Part shown: positions 8,468 to 17,932 of the stretch, piece by piece | How positions within the stretch are numbered: the stretch's first letter is position 1 | Layout: every line of letters begins with the position of its first letter | DNA from: Candidatus Gastranaerophilales bacterium | GTDB taxonomy: Bacteria > Cyanobacteriota > Vampirovibrionia > Gastranaerophilales > Gastranaerophilaceae | DNA: 48,753 bases | Direction of reading: 5' to 3' | Assembly: GCA_905236205.1 (NCBI GenBank) | Contig: CAJOPF010000121.1 | Location: 1 to 48,753, forward strand | Notes under the pieces: model-generated | What the model was told of the DNA's origin: nothing | The model's database searches: none | The model's input: only the letters and a program-made list of their open reading frames with translations | Program-made: the position numbers and the translations under genes

Positions 8468-11041
8468 ATGGCAACACAAGAAATAAATTATATAAAAACA
8501 GCCGATGTAAATGCCGAAGATGCAACTCCTGCTATGCAACATTATATTGAACTTAAGAAAGAGCATCAGGATAAAATTCTTTTATATCAAATGGGAGATT
8601 TTTTTGAGACATTTTTTGAAGATGCCATAAAATTGTCAAAAGAATTGGAGATTACTCTTACAGCACGTGATGCAGGTAAAATTCTGGGCAAAGTTCCTCT
8701 TGCCGGTATTCCAATGAAGGCTCTTGATGCATATTTGGAAAAATTAGTTAAAAAAGGTATAAAAGTTGCAATTTGCGAACAATTAGAAGATCCGAAATTT
8801 GCAAAAGGTGTTGTAAAAAGAGGAATAACCCGCATTGTTACTGCAGGTACTATAACCGAAAGCAATTTACTTGATAAAAATAAAAACAACTATATATGCG
8901 CTGTCCTCAAAGATGTTAAAGAGGATTTATACGGTTTTGCATATACAGATATTTCTACGGGAGAATTTAAAGTTACTCAAACTTCATATAATCTGATGTT
9001 GTCGGAGCTTGCAAGAATTAAACCGTCTGAAATTATCGCTCCTGCCGTAGAACAGAAAATTTTGCCGTTTCAAATTGTGCCTGAACAAAAAGTAGATTTG
9101 CCTGACGAAATTACTGCCAAATACAATTGTTCAATGGTACCGAAATCTGTTTTTGATGAAAATTTTGCTAAAAATAATTTGAAAGCAGCGCTGAAATTAA
9201 AAACATTAGACGGATTAGGTTTTGATGACTGTAAATTAGGCTTTAGAGCTGCTGCAGGCATGCTTGGCTATATTTGGGAAACCTTGAAAGATAATTTTCC
9301 TAAATTTGAAACAATTGAATCTTACGTTTTGTCCGAATACCTTTTAATAGATTCAAGTACAGGAAAAAATCTTGAATTGGTTGAAACTTTACGTGAAAAA
9401 AATAAATACGGTTCGCTTTTGTGGGCATTGGACAAAACAAAAACAAATATGGGCGCGAGACTTTTACGTTCTTGGATTTGTCAGCCGTTGAAAAATCTTG
9501 AACAAATAAAAAAGAGACAGGATTTTGTTTCAGATTTAATAAATCTTGATGAAACACGTTCGGAATTATCGGATATATTGGAACAGATTTATGATATTCA
9601 GCGTTTGGCAGCTCGTTTAAGTAACGGTTCTGTTAGTCCGCGCGATTTTATAGGGCTGAGAGACTCTTTAAAAAAAATACCTGAAATACTTAGTATTGTC
9701 AGCCGAATTGATACGGATTTGTTTGATGAAGTAAAAGAGTTTGCTGTGGAATTGGAAGATTTTGCCACTATTATAGAAAAAACAATTCAGGAAAATCCGT
9801 CAATGCTTTTAAAAGAAGGCGGAATAATTAAAGAGGGCGTAAGCGGTGAATTGGATTACTTAAATGACCTTTTAACAGGCGGCGAAAATTGGTTGAGAAA
9901 TTTTGAGGAAAGCGAAAGAAATAAAACGGGAATAAAGAATTTAAAAGTAGGTTTTAATAAAGTTTTTGGTTATTTTATTGAAGTAACTAATTCTAACCTT
10001 AGTATGGTTCCTGAAACATATATAAGAAAACAAACTCTTACGGGTGGTGAAAGGTTTATAACGGAACAGCTTAAAAAGCATGAAGACGAAGTTCTAAATG
10101 CGCAGTTTAAGGCAAGAGAATTGGAATACAAGCTGTTTTGCGAGTTTAAAGAATATTCAAAAGAATATGTTTCAAAGGTAAGAATTTTGGCTGATGCCAT
10201 AGCGAAATTGGATGTGCTAAATTCTTTTGCAACTGTTGCATTGGAAAATAATTATGTAAAGCCTGAGGTTGATGACAGTTTACGCTTTGAAGTGAAAAAC
10301 GGAAGGCATCCTGTTTTAGAACTTATCTTGCCTTTAGGTGAGTATGTTTCAAACGATTTGGATTTATGTGCAAATTCCTCTGATGTTACACAGTTTATGA
10401 TATTAACAGGTCCTAATATGGCGGGAAAATCGACTTATATGCGTCAAAATGCGTTAATAGCATTGATGGCGCAAATAGGTTCTTATGTTCCTGCGGACAG
10501 TGCAAAAATAGGTATTGTTGATAAAATTTTTACAAGAGTCGGAGCTAGTGATGATTTAACTCTCGGACAGTCTACATTTATGGTTGAAATGGTAGAAACT
10601 GCATATATTTTAAATTCTGCAACAGAAAAGAGTTTTATTTTGCTTGATGAAATCGGCAGGGGTACAAGTACCTATGACGGTGTTGCGATAGCGTGGGCTG
10701 TTGCTGAGTATATTGTAAATCACATTAAGGCTCGTTGTATTTTTGCAACTCACTACCACGAATTAAACATTATGACAAACACTTATCCTCAAATTAAGAA
10801 TTACAGAATTACAATTACGGAAAAAGACGGTGATATTATTTTCTTAAGAAAAATCGTTCAGGGTGGAGCAAGCAAAAGCTACGGAGTTCAGGTTGCCAAA
10901 ATGGCAGGTCTGCCAGCATCTGTTCTTGAACGTTCAAATGAGTTAATGAATAGATTGCAAAAAAATCAATCAAACAAAAAGATAGCATCGGGTAAAAACG
11001 TTGAAATTGAAATTGAAAATCCTCAGTTAAATCTTTTTTAA
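8468..11041 (+). CDS. mutS: DNA mismatch repair protein MutS
   Basis: 857 aa. N-terminal mismatch-binding region (TPAMQHY...LLYQMGDFFETF), Walker A GPNMAGKST, STFMVEM, and DEIGRGTSTYDG. Confidence 0.95.
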   Translation: MATQEINYIKTADVNAEDATPAMQHYIELKKEHQDKILLYQMGDFFETFFEDAIKLSKELEITLTARDAGKILGKVPLAGIPMKALDAYLEKLVKKGIKVAICEQLEDPKFAKGVVKRGITRIVTAGTITESNLLDKNKNNYICAVLKDVKEDLYGFAYTDISTGEFKVTQTSYNLMLSELARIKPSEIIAPAVEQKILPFQIVPEQKVDLPDEITAKYNCSMVPKSVFDENFAKNNLKAALKLKTLDGLGFDDCKLGFRAAAGMLGYIWETLKDNFPKFETIESYVLSEYLLIDSSTGKNLELVETLREKNKYGSLLWALDKTKTNMGARLLRSWICQPLKNLEQIKKRQDFVSDLINLDETRSELSDILEQIYDIQRLAARLSNGSVSPRDFIGLRDSLKKIPEILSIVSRIDTDLFDEVKEFAVELEDFATIIEKTIQENPSMLLKEGGIIKEGVSGELDYLNDLLTGGENWLRNFEESERNKTGIKNLKVGFNKVFGYFIEVTNSNLSMVPETYIRKQTLTGGERFITEQLKKHEDEVLNAQFKARELEYKLFCEFKEYSKEYVSKVRILADAIAKLDVLNSFATVALENNYVKPEVDDSLRFEVKNGRHPVLELILPLGEYVSNDLDLCANSSDVTQFMILTGPNMAGKSTYMRQNALIALMAQIGSYVPADSAKIGIVDKIFTRVGASDDLTLGQSTFMVEMVETAYILNSATEKSFILLDEIGRGTSTYDGVAIAWAVAEYIVNHIKARCIFATHYHELNIMTNTYPQIKNYRITITEKDGDIIFLRKIVQGGASKSYGVQVAKMAGLPASVLERSNELMNRLQKNQSNKKIASGKNVEIEIENPQLNLF

Positions 11042-11102
11042 TATTCTCTTGTGATAATTTTTTGCACATGCTAGTATAAAGAAAAGAGATAAGGAGTATA
11101 TT

Positions 11103-12962
11103 ATGGGATTATTGGAAAAGAAACCTGAGAAAATTATAAAAGATGCTTTAAAGGTATTGGATAAAAAGCAGTTGTCATTGATTATTCACGGAAGCAGTTT
11201 TCCTGATATTGAAAGTGAAGATACTGCATACGGAACTTATAATTCAAACGGCGCAAAAAATCTTATGAATTATATTTCTGGTGTGTTTACATCTATACAG
11301 CTCGGACCTAACGGAAAGTTAAAATCTTGTGACAGTTCTCCGTATACAAGCACAATTTTTTCGGGTAATCCGTTATTTATAGATTTAAAACAACTGACTA
11401 CTGATGAATGGGATAAAATATTATCGGAAGAAACTTTTAATTCAATCGTTAACGAAAATCCAAACAAAAATGTTAATAAAACTTCGTTTTCTTATGCTTA
11501 CAGAAGACATGATGATGCTTTAAACGAAGCTTATGATAATTTTATTAAATCGGAAGAATTAAAAAAACGCAGAAAACAGTTTGAAATTTACAAACATGAA
11601 AATGCATCTTGGTTGGATAAAGATGCACTATACCAAGCACTTTCAGTTGATAACGGTAATGATTATTGGCCTTTATGGAAATCAGAAAAAGACAAAAATT
11701 TGTGTAATCCTAAATCAATTGAACAAAAACTTGAATATGCAAACAGAATACAAGAAATTGAACAAAAATACGGCAGAGAAATAGATTTTTATAAATTCTG
11801 CCAGTTTGTCCTAAGTTATCAATCTGATGAAACAAAAAAATATGCAGATAAAAAGAAATTAAAAATGATAGCTGACAGACAAGTTGCTTTTTCTGACAGA
11901 GATATTTGGGCATATCAACAATATTTCTTAGACGGCTGGATGCTTGGCTGTCCTCCTGATTATTTTTCTGCAGACGGACAGGCATGGGGTTTCCCTGTTA
12001 TGAATCCTGAATATATGTTCAACGAAGACGGTTCTTTAGGTGATGGCGGAAAATTGATGAAAGAATTATTCAAAAAAATGTTCCGCGAAAATAAAGGCGG
12101 GGTAAGAATTGACCATATTGTAGGCTTAATTGACCCTTGGGTTTATAAAGCAGGTTGCAAACCTAAAATCGAAGAAGGTGCAGGCAGATTATATTCTTCA
12201 CCTGAACATGAATTTTTAAAGAAATTTGCTGTTATTACGGAAGAAAACTTAAACCTTGAAGTTGAAGCTGATAAAGAACAAAGAGTACAAAATCTTACTA
12301 AGGCTCAAATTAAGGCTTATGGCAGGTTGATTGAGAAAATCGTAATAGCTGCGGCAAAAGAAGAAGGGTTAAACAAAAATTCAATAGTTTGCGAAGATTT
12401 GGGTACTTTAACAAATCCTGTTGCTGCTGTATTGAAAGAGTACGGTCTGTTAGGAATGAGGTTGACACAATTTGTTGTTCCTGAAAAAGAAGAACATCCT
12501 TACAGATGTAAAAATATAACTCCAAAATGCTGGGCTATGGTTGGTACTCACGATAACAAACCTGTTTCTATGTGGGCCGATTCACTTGTAAATACACATG
12601 AGGCTTATTTACACGCAAAATCACTCGTAGAAGATTTATTCCCTAATTGTGATAATAAAGATGATATTATCGTAAAATTAACTCAAGATGCAGAGTTTTT
12701 GGCAAAAATTAAGTTAGTTGAAATTTTTGCATCAAAAGCAGAAAACATTCAAATCTTCTTCACTGATTATTTCAATGTAAAAGATGTATACAATGTTCCG
12801 GGAACTTCAGGTGACGTTAATTGGTCTTTGAGATTACCAAATAATTTTGCTTCACTAAAAGCAATTGATCTGCCTCAAATATTAAAAATGGCAATTGAGG
12901 CAAGAGGTGCGGAATTTGCAGAAAAACACCGTAAGTTAATTAACCAATTAAACAGTTTATAA
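11103..12962 (+). CDS. malQ: 4-alpha-glucanotransferase (GH77 amylomaltase)
   Basis: 619 aa with GH77-like blocks: GVRIDHIVGL (nucleophile region), CEDLGT (acid/base region), GTHDN. Strong SD (AAGGAG). Confidence 0.85.
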   Translation: MGLLEKKPEKIIKDALKVLDKKQLSLIIHGSSFPDIESEDTAYGTYNSNGAKNLMNYISGVFTSIQLGPNGKLKSCDSSPYTSTIFSGNPLFIDLKQLTTDEWDKILSEETFNSIVNENPNKNVNKTSFSYAYRRHDDALNEAYDNFIKSEELKKRRKQFEIYKHENASWLDKDALYQALSVDNGNDYWPLWKSEKDKNLCNPKSIEQKLEYANRIQEIEQKYGREIDFYKFCQFVLSYQSDETKKYADKKKLKMIADRQVAFSDRDIWAYQQYFLDGWMLGCPPDYFSADGQAWGFPVMNPEYMFNEDGSLGDGGKLMKELFKKMFRENKGGVRIDHIVGLIDPWVYKAGCKPKIEEGAGRLYSSPEHEFLKKFAVITEENLNLEVEADKEQRVQNLTKAQIKAYGRLIEKIVIAAAKEEGLNKNSIVCEDLGTLTNPVAAVLKEYGLLGMRLTQFVVPEKEEHPYRCKNITPKCWAMVGTHDNKPVSMWADSLVNTHEAYLHAKSLVEDLFPNCDNKDDIIVKLTQDAEFLAKIKLVEIFASKAENIQIFFTDYFNVKDVYNVPGTSGDVNWSLRLPNNFASLKAIDLPQILKMAIEARGAEFAEKHRKLINQLNSL

Positions 12963-12963
12963 T

Positions 12964-13806
12964 ATGTTGAAAAAAATACTTATAATTTTTATATTGTTGT
13001 TATTACCTGTTTTTGCAAGTGCGGAAATTGCAAATGAAGCTCGTCTTGATTACAATAAAGGGCTTGATTATTACAAAATCGGTCAGTATGAAAAGGCTGC
13101 GGAATATTTTCGCTCTGCCGTTAATGTAAGTCCTGATTTTATTGATGCTTATTATAACTTAGGCAGTATATATGAATTTTTGGGACAATATCAGGCAGCG
13201 CTTACTGTTTTTGAACAAATTTTTATAAGACAACCATCTGATTATGAGGCTGTGTATAAGGCTGCTGCTGTTGCTTTTAAGTTAGGACAGTACGAAAAAG
13301 CCATGCAGTATTTGGAAACTATTCCAAGAAGTTCTTCGCAATATGATTTGGCACGTTCTCTTGAACGTCAAATACGTTCGTCAAATACTGGCGGTAGGGA
13401 TATAAATGTTCCTTTGCAAACTGTTGATACTGTTTCAAATCAAGTTTCGCATATGTTTGAAGGTATACAGGGACCTACGGGAATGGTTACTGATGATTAC
13501 GGTAATTTGTATGTTGCCTGCTATGCGGATAATTCTATTGCAAAGATTTTTCCGAGCGGGCAAAGAGTTATTTTTGCAAAAGATAAAAGAATAAACGGAC
13601 CTATCGGGCTTGCTATTGATGCTCTGGGTAATATTTATGTGGCAAATTACAGTAATAACAATGTTCTTAAAATTACAAAGAACGGTGTTATTACTGTACT
13701 TATAGCAAATATAGACAAACCTTACGGCTTATATTTAAAGGGTAATATGCTGTTTATATCTTCTCAAGGTTCTAATTCAGTTCTTAGATACAAGCTTGAT
13801 AACTAA
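12964..13806 (+). CDS. Secreted TPR plus NHL-repeat protein
   Basis: Signal-peptide-like N-terminus (ILIIFILLLLPVFASA). TPR-like helices (YNKGLDYYKIGQYEKAAEYF...) are followed by NHL-type repeats (GPTGMVTDDYGNLYVACYADNSIAKI, GPIGLAIDALGNIYVANYSNNNVLKI). It starts 1 nt after the malQ stop. Confidence 0.7.
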   Translation: MLKKILIIFILLLLPVFASAEIANEARLDYNKGLDYYKIGQYEKAAEYFRSAVNVSPDFIDAYYNLGSIYEFLGQYQAALTVFEQIFIRQPSDYEAVYKAAAVAFKLGQYEKAMQYLETIPRSSSQYDLARSLERQIRSSNTGGRDINVPLQTVDTVSNQVSHMFEGIQGPTGMVTDDYGNLYVACYADNSIAKIFPSGQRVIFAKDKRINGPIGLAIDALGNIYVANYSNNNVLKITKNGVITVLIANIDKPYGLYLKGNMLFISSQGSNSVLRYKLDN

Positions 13807-14656
13807 TATTTTCAAGTATTTTAACCGCAGAGTAAGATTTGTTTAAAGTATAGATATGGATACCTTTTATTTTGTTATCAATTAAATCTTGGCACTGTTC
13901 CGTTGCAAAGTCTATACCGAAATTTTTGATGTCATCTTTGTTGTCTTTGTATTTATCAAGACCTTCGATTAGTTTCTTTGGCAGCGTAACTTTTGCCAAA
14001 GTCAGCATTTTTTCTAATTGTTTATAGCTAATAATCGGTAAAATACCTGCAATTACAGGCTTTTTAATGTTCTCTTTTTCCAATAAATCAATGTATTTGT
14101 ATAATTTATCGTTATCAAAAAACATTTGAGTGATAATTACATCTGCGCCAGCATTTACTTTTTTCTTTAAATTTTGTATGTCAGTTTTTAAATCAGGTGC
14201 CAAAACGTGTCCTTCAGGATATCCAGCAACTGCAATTGAAAAATCCGTTTTTTGATTTAAGTATTCAACAAGTTCGTTGGCATAGCGAAAATCCAAATAA
14301 CAAATGTCATTATTTTGCGGCTCATCACCTCTGAGGGCTAAGATGTTTTCAATATTTAGGTCTATCAAGTCGTTTAAATAAGAGTCTATTTGTTCTTTGC
14401 TGGAACAAACGCATGTAAAATGCGGCATAATATTGATGTTACGCTCAACGAGTGATTTTAAGATATTGTAAGATTTATCTTTGTTTGAACCGCCTGCGCC
14501 GTATGTGACTGATATCAAAGACGGATTATATTGCTTAAGAATTTCTGTTTCTTCAAGTAATTTATCGGTTTTTGCTCCGTCAAAATCATCTTTTGGCGGA
14601 AAAACTTCAAATGAAATATTTGTTTTATCTGTTGAATATATATCTCTTAGTTTCAT
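13784..14656 (-). CDS. metF: Methylenetetrahydrofolate reductase
   Basis: 290 aa with SFEVFPPK, SVTYGAGGS, HFTC, ALRGD and ITQMFFD, the characteristic MetF blocks. The 3' end overlaps the convergent NHL-protein gene by 23 nt. Confidence 0.9.
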   Translation of the reverse strand: MKLRDIYSTDKTNISFEVFPPKDDFDGAKTDKLLEETEILKQYNPSLISVTYGAGGSNKDKSYNILKSLVERNINIMPHFTCVCSSKEQIDSYLNDLIDLNIENILALRGDEPQNNDICYLDFRYANELVEYLNQKTDFSIAVAGYPEGHVLAPDLKTDIQNLKKKVNAGADVIITQMFFDNDKLYKYIDLLEKENIKKPVIAGILPIISYKQLEKMLTLAKVTLPKKLIEGLDKYKDNKDDIKNFGIDFATEQCQDLIDNKIKGIHIYTLNKSYSAVKILENISYQACI

Positions 14657-14672
14657 AATTTGATTTTATCAC

Positions 14673-14701
14673 AAAAAAAACGGACAAACCTGTTTTGCCC
14701 G
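14673..14701 (-). terminator. Rho-independent terminator downstream of tRNA-Lys
   Basis: On the minus strand: CGGGCAAA-ACAGG-TTTGTCCG (8-bp stem with one G:U pair) followed by T8. It lies 21 nt after the tRNA 3' end and only 16 nt upstream of the metF ATG. Confidence 0.6.
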
Positions 14702-14722
14702 CTTTATATTTAATTTGAAAAG

Positions 14723-14798
14723 TGGTGGGCATGGCGCGATTCGAACGCGCGACCTATCCCTTAAAAGGGGAGTGCTCTACCTGCTGAGCTACATGCCC
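14723..14798 (-). tRNA. tRNA-Lys (anticodon UUU), CCA encoded
   Basis: 76-nt cloverleaf folded by hand on the minus strand: acceptor GGGCATG/CATGCCC, D-arm GCTC-AGCAGGTA-GAGC, anticodon arm CTCCC-CTTTTAA-GGGAT, variable loop AGGTC, T-arm GCGCG-TTCGAAT-CGCGC, discriminator A plus CCA. Confidence 0.9.
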
Positions 14799-14920
14799 AC
14801 ACTTTTTAATGCAGTTTAACTTGTTCTCGGGGGTGACACCATACTAATCCACCGTTCGGTCAAGTTTTGCAAAAAACTTCCAAGTACACAAGTAAGAATC
14901 TTTCGATTCTGTGTAAGACT

Positions 14921-14949
14921 AATTTAGCAAGAAAAAATTTTTAAGTCAA
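14921..14949 (-). promoter_or_regulatory. Candidate sigma-70 promoter for the tRNA-Lys transcript
   Basis: Minus strand reads TTGACT - 17 nt - TAAATT. This would place the transcription start about 115 nt upstream of the mature tRNA 5' end. Confidence 0.4.
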
Positions 14950-14985
14950 CTACTTTTTTTTATAAAATATTTAATTTTAATTATT

Positions 14986-15031
14986 AAAAGTCCTAAAATC
15001 TTGTTGGTAATGCTTTGATTTTAGGACTTTT
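14986..15031 (-). terminator. Hairpin terminator downstream of the HTH regulator gene
   Basis: 15-bp perfect stem AAAAGTCCTAAAATC (14986-15000) / GATTTTAGGACTTTT (15017-15031) with a 16-nt loop, starting 9 nt after the stop at 15040. T/A runs flank both sides. Confidence 0.55.
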
Positions 15032-15039
15032 TTATTTTT

Positions 15040-15618
15040 TTATTTTTCTATTTCGAGGTGTTTTTTCGCACATTCAAACATTGAATTTACCAGTGCCGCG
15101 TTAGAATATATATTCATTCCCCCTGCTTCCAGCACTTGTTTTACTCTGCTCTCCCAAATAGGATAAATTTCATCCGTTGTTAAATCGAGTACTTGACCAA
15201 TCATACCAAGTTCTTTATAGTCAATTGGTAAAGGTAGTGCTCCTCTTAATATATCAACTGTTTCAAGGCGTTTTTTTCTTGGAAAAGATTTTAGAAAATT
15301 CACAACACTTAATCCTTTTTTTGCCATATTTTCTTTTAAAAACTCGATATATTCATCAATCATGACAGGTTCTTGAGGAATTTTGTATTCTTCAAATTCT
15401 TCAGGTTCAATTTCCATTACTGTTGCGATACGTTCTATTGTGGTGCTTCTTGTTGAAAACGGAATTGTATTGTCTATGAGGTTATATACATACGATAGTG
15501 TAACACCTATCATCTCTGCGAAGTCTTTTTTGTGTAATCCTGTTTTATCAAGAAAGTCACTAACTTTTTTTGAACTTTTTTCTGTTATTATAGCTTTAGT
15601 TTTTTGTTCTGATTTCAT
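15040..15618 (-). CDS. XRE-family helix-turn-helix protein, possibly with two HTH-like modules
   Basis: 192 aa. Residues around 20-75 (LDKTGLHKKDFAEMIGVTLSYVYNLIDNT...IERIATVMEIEPEEF) fit the Cro/C1 HTH pattern. A second, weaker HTH-like segment occurs near residue 100. SD is GGGGAG. Confidence 0.65.
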   Translation of the reverse strand: MKSEQKTKAIITEKSSKKVSDFLDKTGLHKKDFAEMIGVTLSYVYNLIDNTIPFSTRSTTIERIATVMEIEPEEFEEYKIPQEPVMIDEYIEFLKENMAKKGLSVVNFLKSFPRKKRLETVDILRGALPLPIDYKELGMIGQVLDLTTDEIYPIWESRVKQVLEAGGMNIYSNAALVNSMFECAKKHLEIEK

Positions 15619-15787
15619 TTTTTATCTCCCCTATAATTTTTATACATTTTTGGAGTCTCCGTGTATCATAAATTAACCGTTTTTTATCAATTTGTTAAGC
15701 GAAAGGTAGACAGCGCGGTTGGTAATATTTATTTGCGTTAAAATTATATTTATAAAGTATCTTTTATAAATAACGGAGAGGATAATT

Positions 15788-16345
15788 TTGAAACTTATTG
15801 TCGCACTTGGAAATATTGGTGAAAAATATTGTTTTACACGCCATAACGCAGGATTTATGACGGTTGATTATTGGTCGATAAATTCAGGTTTTTCATTTAG
15901 AGAAGAATCAAAATTAAAGTCTTTGTTTACAAAGATTAAATATAATGACGAAGACATTATTGTAATTAAACCGACAACATATATGAATTTATCCGGAGAA
16001 GCTGTCAGTTTGGTGATGAATTATTATAAAATAGATGTAAAAGATTTATTTGTTATTTATGATGATATTAACTTGGATTTGGGCAGATTAAGATTTCGTT
16101 CAAACGGCTCTGACGGAGGTCATAACGGAATTAAGTCCGTTATACAGCATACGGGTACAAATAAATTTGACAGATTAAAATTCGGTATCGGACCTCAGCC
16201 GCCAATTCCTTCCGAAGCCTTTGTTTTACAAAATTTTTCAAAAGAACAGGAGCCTTTATTAAAAGATACAATATCACTTGCAAATGATGCTATAAAGTTT
16301 TATCTTGAAAACGGAATTGAAAAAGCTCAAAATAAATTTAATTAG
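15788..16345 (+). CDS. pth: Peptidyl-tRNA hydrolase
   Basis: 185 aa starting LIVALGNIGEKYCFTRHNAGF, with DDINLDLGRLRFR and GGHNGIKS. TTG start is preceded by GGAGAGG. Confidence 0.9.
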   Translation: MKLIVALGNIGEKYCFTRHNAGFMTVDYWSINSGFSFREESKLKSLFTKIKYNDEDIIVIKPTTYMNLSGEAVSLVMNYYKIDVKDLFVIYDDINLDLGRLRFRSNGSDGGHNGIKSVIQHTGTNKFDRLKFGIGPQPPIPSEAFVLQNFSKEQEPLLKDTISLANDAIKFYLENGIEKAQNKFN

Positions 16346-16409
16346 CCTGTCGGGCAAATATCGCAAATAATTTTTGTAATATAATTGAAGAAAATTTGAA
16401 AGGATAAAT

Positions 16410-17828
16410 ATGTCAATTGAATTAGCAGAACAATTTGAAGAACAGGAAGAATACGAAAAAGCTTATGATGAATATAAAAAGCTTTTAACTTCACGTCCGA
16501 AAAGTGTTGAATTATTACAACGTGTCGCACACGTTGCAACGATTTTGGGCAAAACTGAAGAAGCTGAGGTGTATTTTACAAAAATTTTGGAACAGGAACC
16601 TACAAACGAACTTGCTTATGAACAGCTTATGGATATGTTTATTGGTTCTGATAAGTATAAATATTATACTTACAGAGGAAATTTACATCTTGTTCAACAA
16701 AAGTTTGAACATGCTGCGGGGGATTTTAAAAAAGCACTTGATAAAGCTCCTGACGGTGCAAGAGCAAATATGACAAGATTTGTTTTAGCGGGAATTTATG
16801 CAAATATTGGTAAAGACAATAATGCAATAGATGAATATTTAAGAATTATTGATTCTCACGACGCTCCTGATGCGGCATATTTGAATCTTTCAAAAATATA
16901 CGAAGAACAAGGAGTTCTCTCAAGTGCTGCTGAAATACTTGAAAGGGCAATAAAAGACGGTCATGAAACTCAATTGATAAAAGATAATTTGGCAAATATA
17001 TACCTTAAAAATAATCAAACTGATATGGCTGCAAAAACTTCTTCCGATAGAATGGTTCAGCTCAGATGTTTGATAGAAGAAGAAAATTTTGATGAAGCAA
17101 AAAAACAAATTGACCAAATGCACTCCGATTACAAAAAAAATCCTAAATATTTGACTCTTGTTGCTCAATTCTATTATGCACAAAAGGATTTTGACAAAGC
17201 CTTTGAATATGTTGATGAGTTCGCAAAATTTGATAAAAACTCACCTTTGATATACCAAATGCGGGCATTGATTTATGAAGAAAAAGGATTGGAATTTGAA
17301 GAACATTATAACTGGGCAAAATATAATTATATAAGGGGTGAAAAAGACGTTGCCCTAAATGAATACATGCAGGCATATAATTTTAAAAAGGATGATTCGG
17401 CTTTGGTATATACAATTGCAGAGCTTCTTGATGAAATGAAAGACAGAACTCATGCCTGTGAGTTTTATGAAGTTTTGGTTAATCTGGAACCGAAAAATAA
17501 AAAGGCTCTTGAACGCTTAGGCAAATTTAGGGAGAGTATTGGTGATTACAAAATGGCTGTTGAATATTTTGAAAGACTTTATGAAACAGATAAAAGAAAT
17601 TCAAGTGTTTTAAAATCTTTGGCTTACGGTTATGAAAAAACAAAACAACCTGATAAGGCTGCCGAGTTTTATGAGAAATACTTATACTCAGGAGCTTTGA
17701 GTGAAGAAGAATCTGTATCAATTAAGAAAAAAATAGAAAAACTTTCAGCAAAGAAAAAAGATTATTCTGATGCTTCGGACGAAGACGGCGGACTAATCGG
17801 CTGGGTTATGAAATTTTTTAATAAGTAG
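16410..17828 (+). CDS. TPR-repeat protein
   Basis: 472 aa of repeated 34-residue Ala/Tyr/Leu-patterned helices (for example AEVYFTKILEQEPTNELAYEQL, ACEFYEVLVNLEPKNKKALERLG). No catalytic motif. Confidence 0.75.
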   Translation: MSIELAEQFEEQEEYEKAYDEYKKLLTSRPKSVELLQRVAHVATILGKTEEAEVYFTKILEQEPTNELAYEQLMDMFIGSDKYKYYTYRGNLHLVQQKFEHAAGDFKKALDKAPDGARANMTRFVLAGIYANIGKDNNAIDEYLRIIDSHDAPDAAYLNLSKIYEEQGVLSSAAEILERAIKDGHETQLIKDNLANIYLKNNQTDMAAKTSSDRMVQLRCLIEEENFDEAKKQIDQMHSDYKKNPKYLTLVAQFYYAQKDFDKAFEYVDEFAKFDKNSPLIYQMRALIYEEKGLEFEEHYNWAKYNYIRGEKDVALNEYMQAYNFKKDDSALVYTIAELLDEMKDRTHACEFYEVLVNLEPKNKKALERLGKFRESIGDYKMAVEYFERLYETDKRNSSVLKSLAYGYEKTKQPDKAAEFYEKYLYSGALSEEESVSIKKKIEKLSAKKKDYSDASDEDGGLIGWVMKFFNK

Positions 17829-17848
17829 ATAGTAATCACATAAATTTT

Positions 17849-17876
17849 AAAACGTTAATTTTTATTAACGTTTTTG
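17849..17876 (+). terminator. Rho-independent terminator after the TPR gene
   Basis: AACGTTAAT (17851-17859), TTTT loop, ATTAACGTT (17864-17872), running into a T tract. Confidence 0.6.
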
Positions 17877-17932
17877 ATTTGCAGGTTTTTATAATATAAT
17901 CAATATATACAAAGTCTATTGGGATAGTTGTT

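Noticed and set aside
14830-14866. Alternative tRNA-Lys promoter TTGACC...TATGGT on the minus strand, closer to the tRNA.
   Set aside because: The spacer between the hexamers is only about 14 nt, outside the 16-18 nt range, so the distal TTGACT-17-TAAATT match is better.
14657-15618. tRNA-Lys as an integration site for a genomic island or prophage remnant, given the adjacent XRE-family regulator.
   Set aside because: There is no integrase, transposase or phage gene. I could find no direct repeat of the tRNA 3' end. The gene beyond the tRNA 3' end is housekeeping metF, and the regulator lies on the 5' side, which is the wrong side for typical tRNA-targeted integration.
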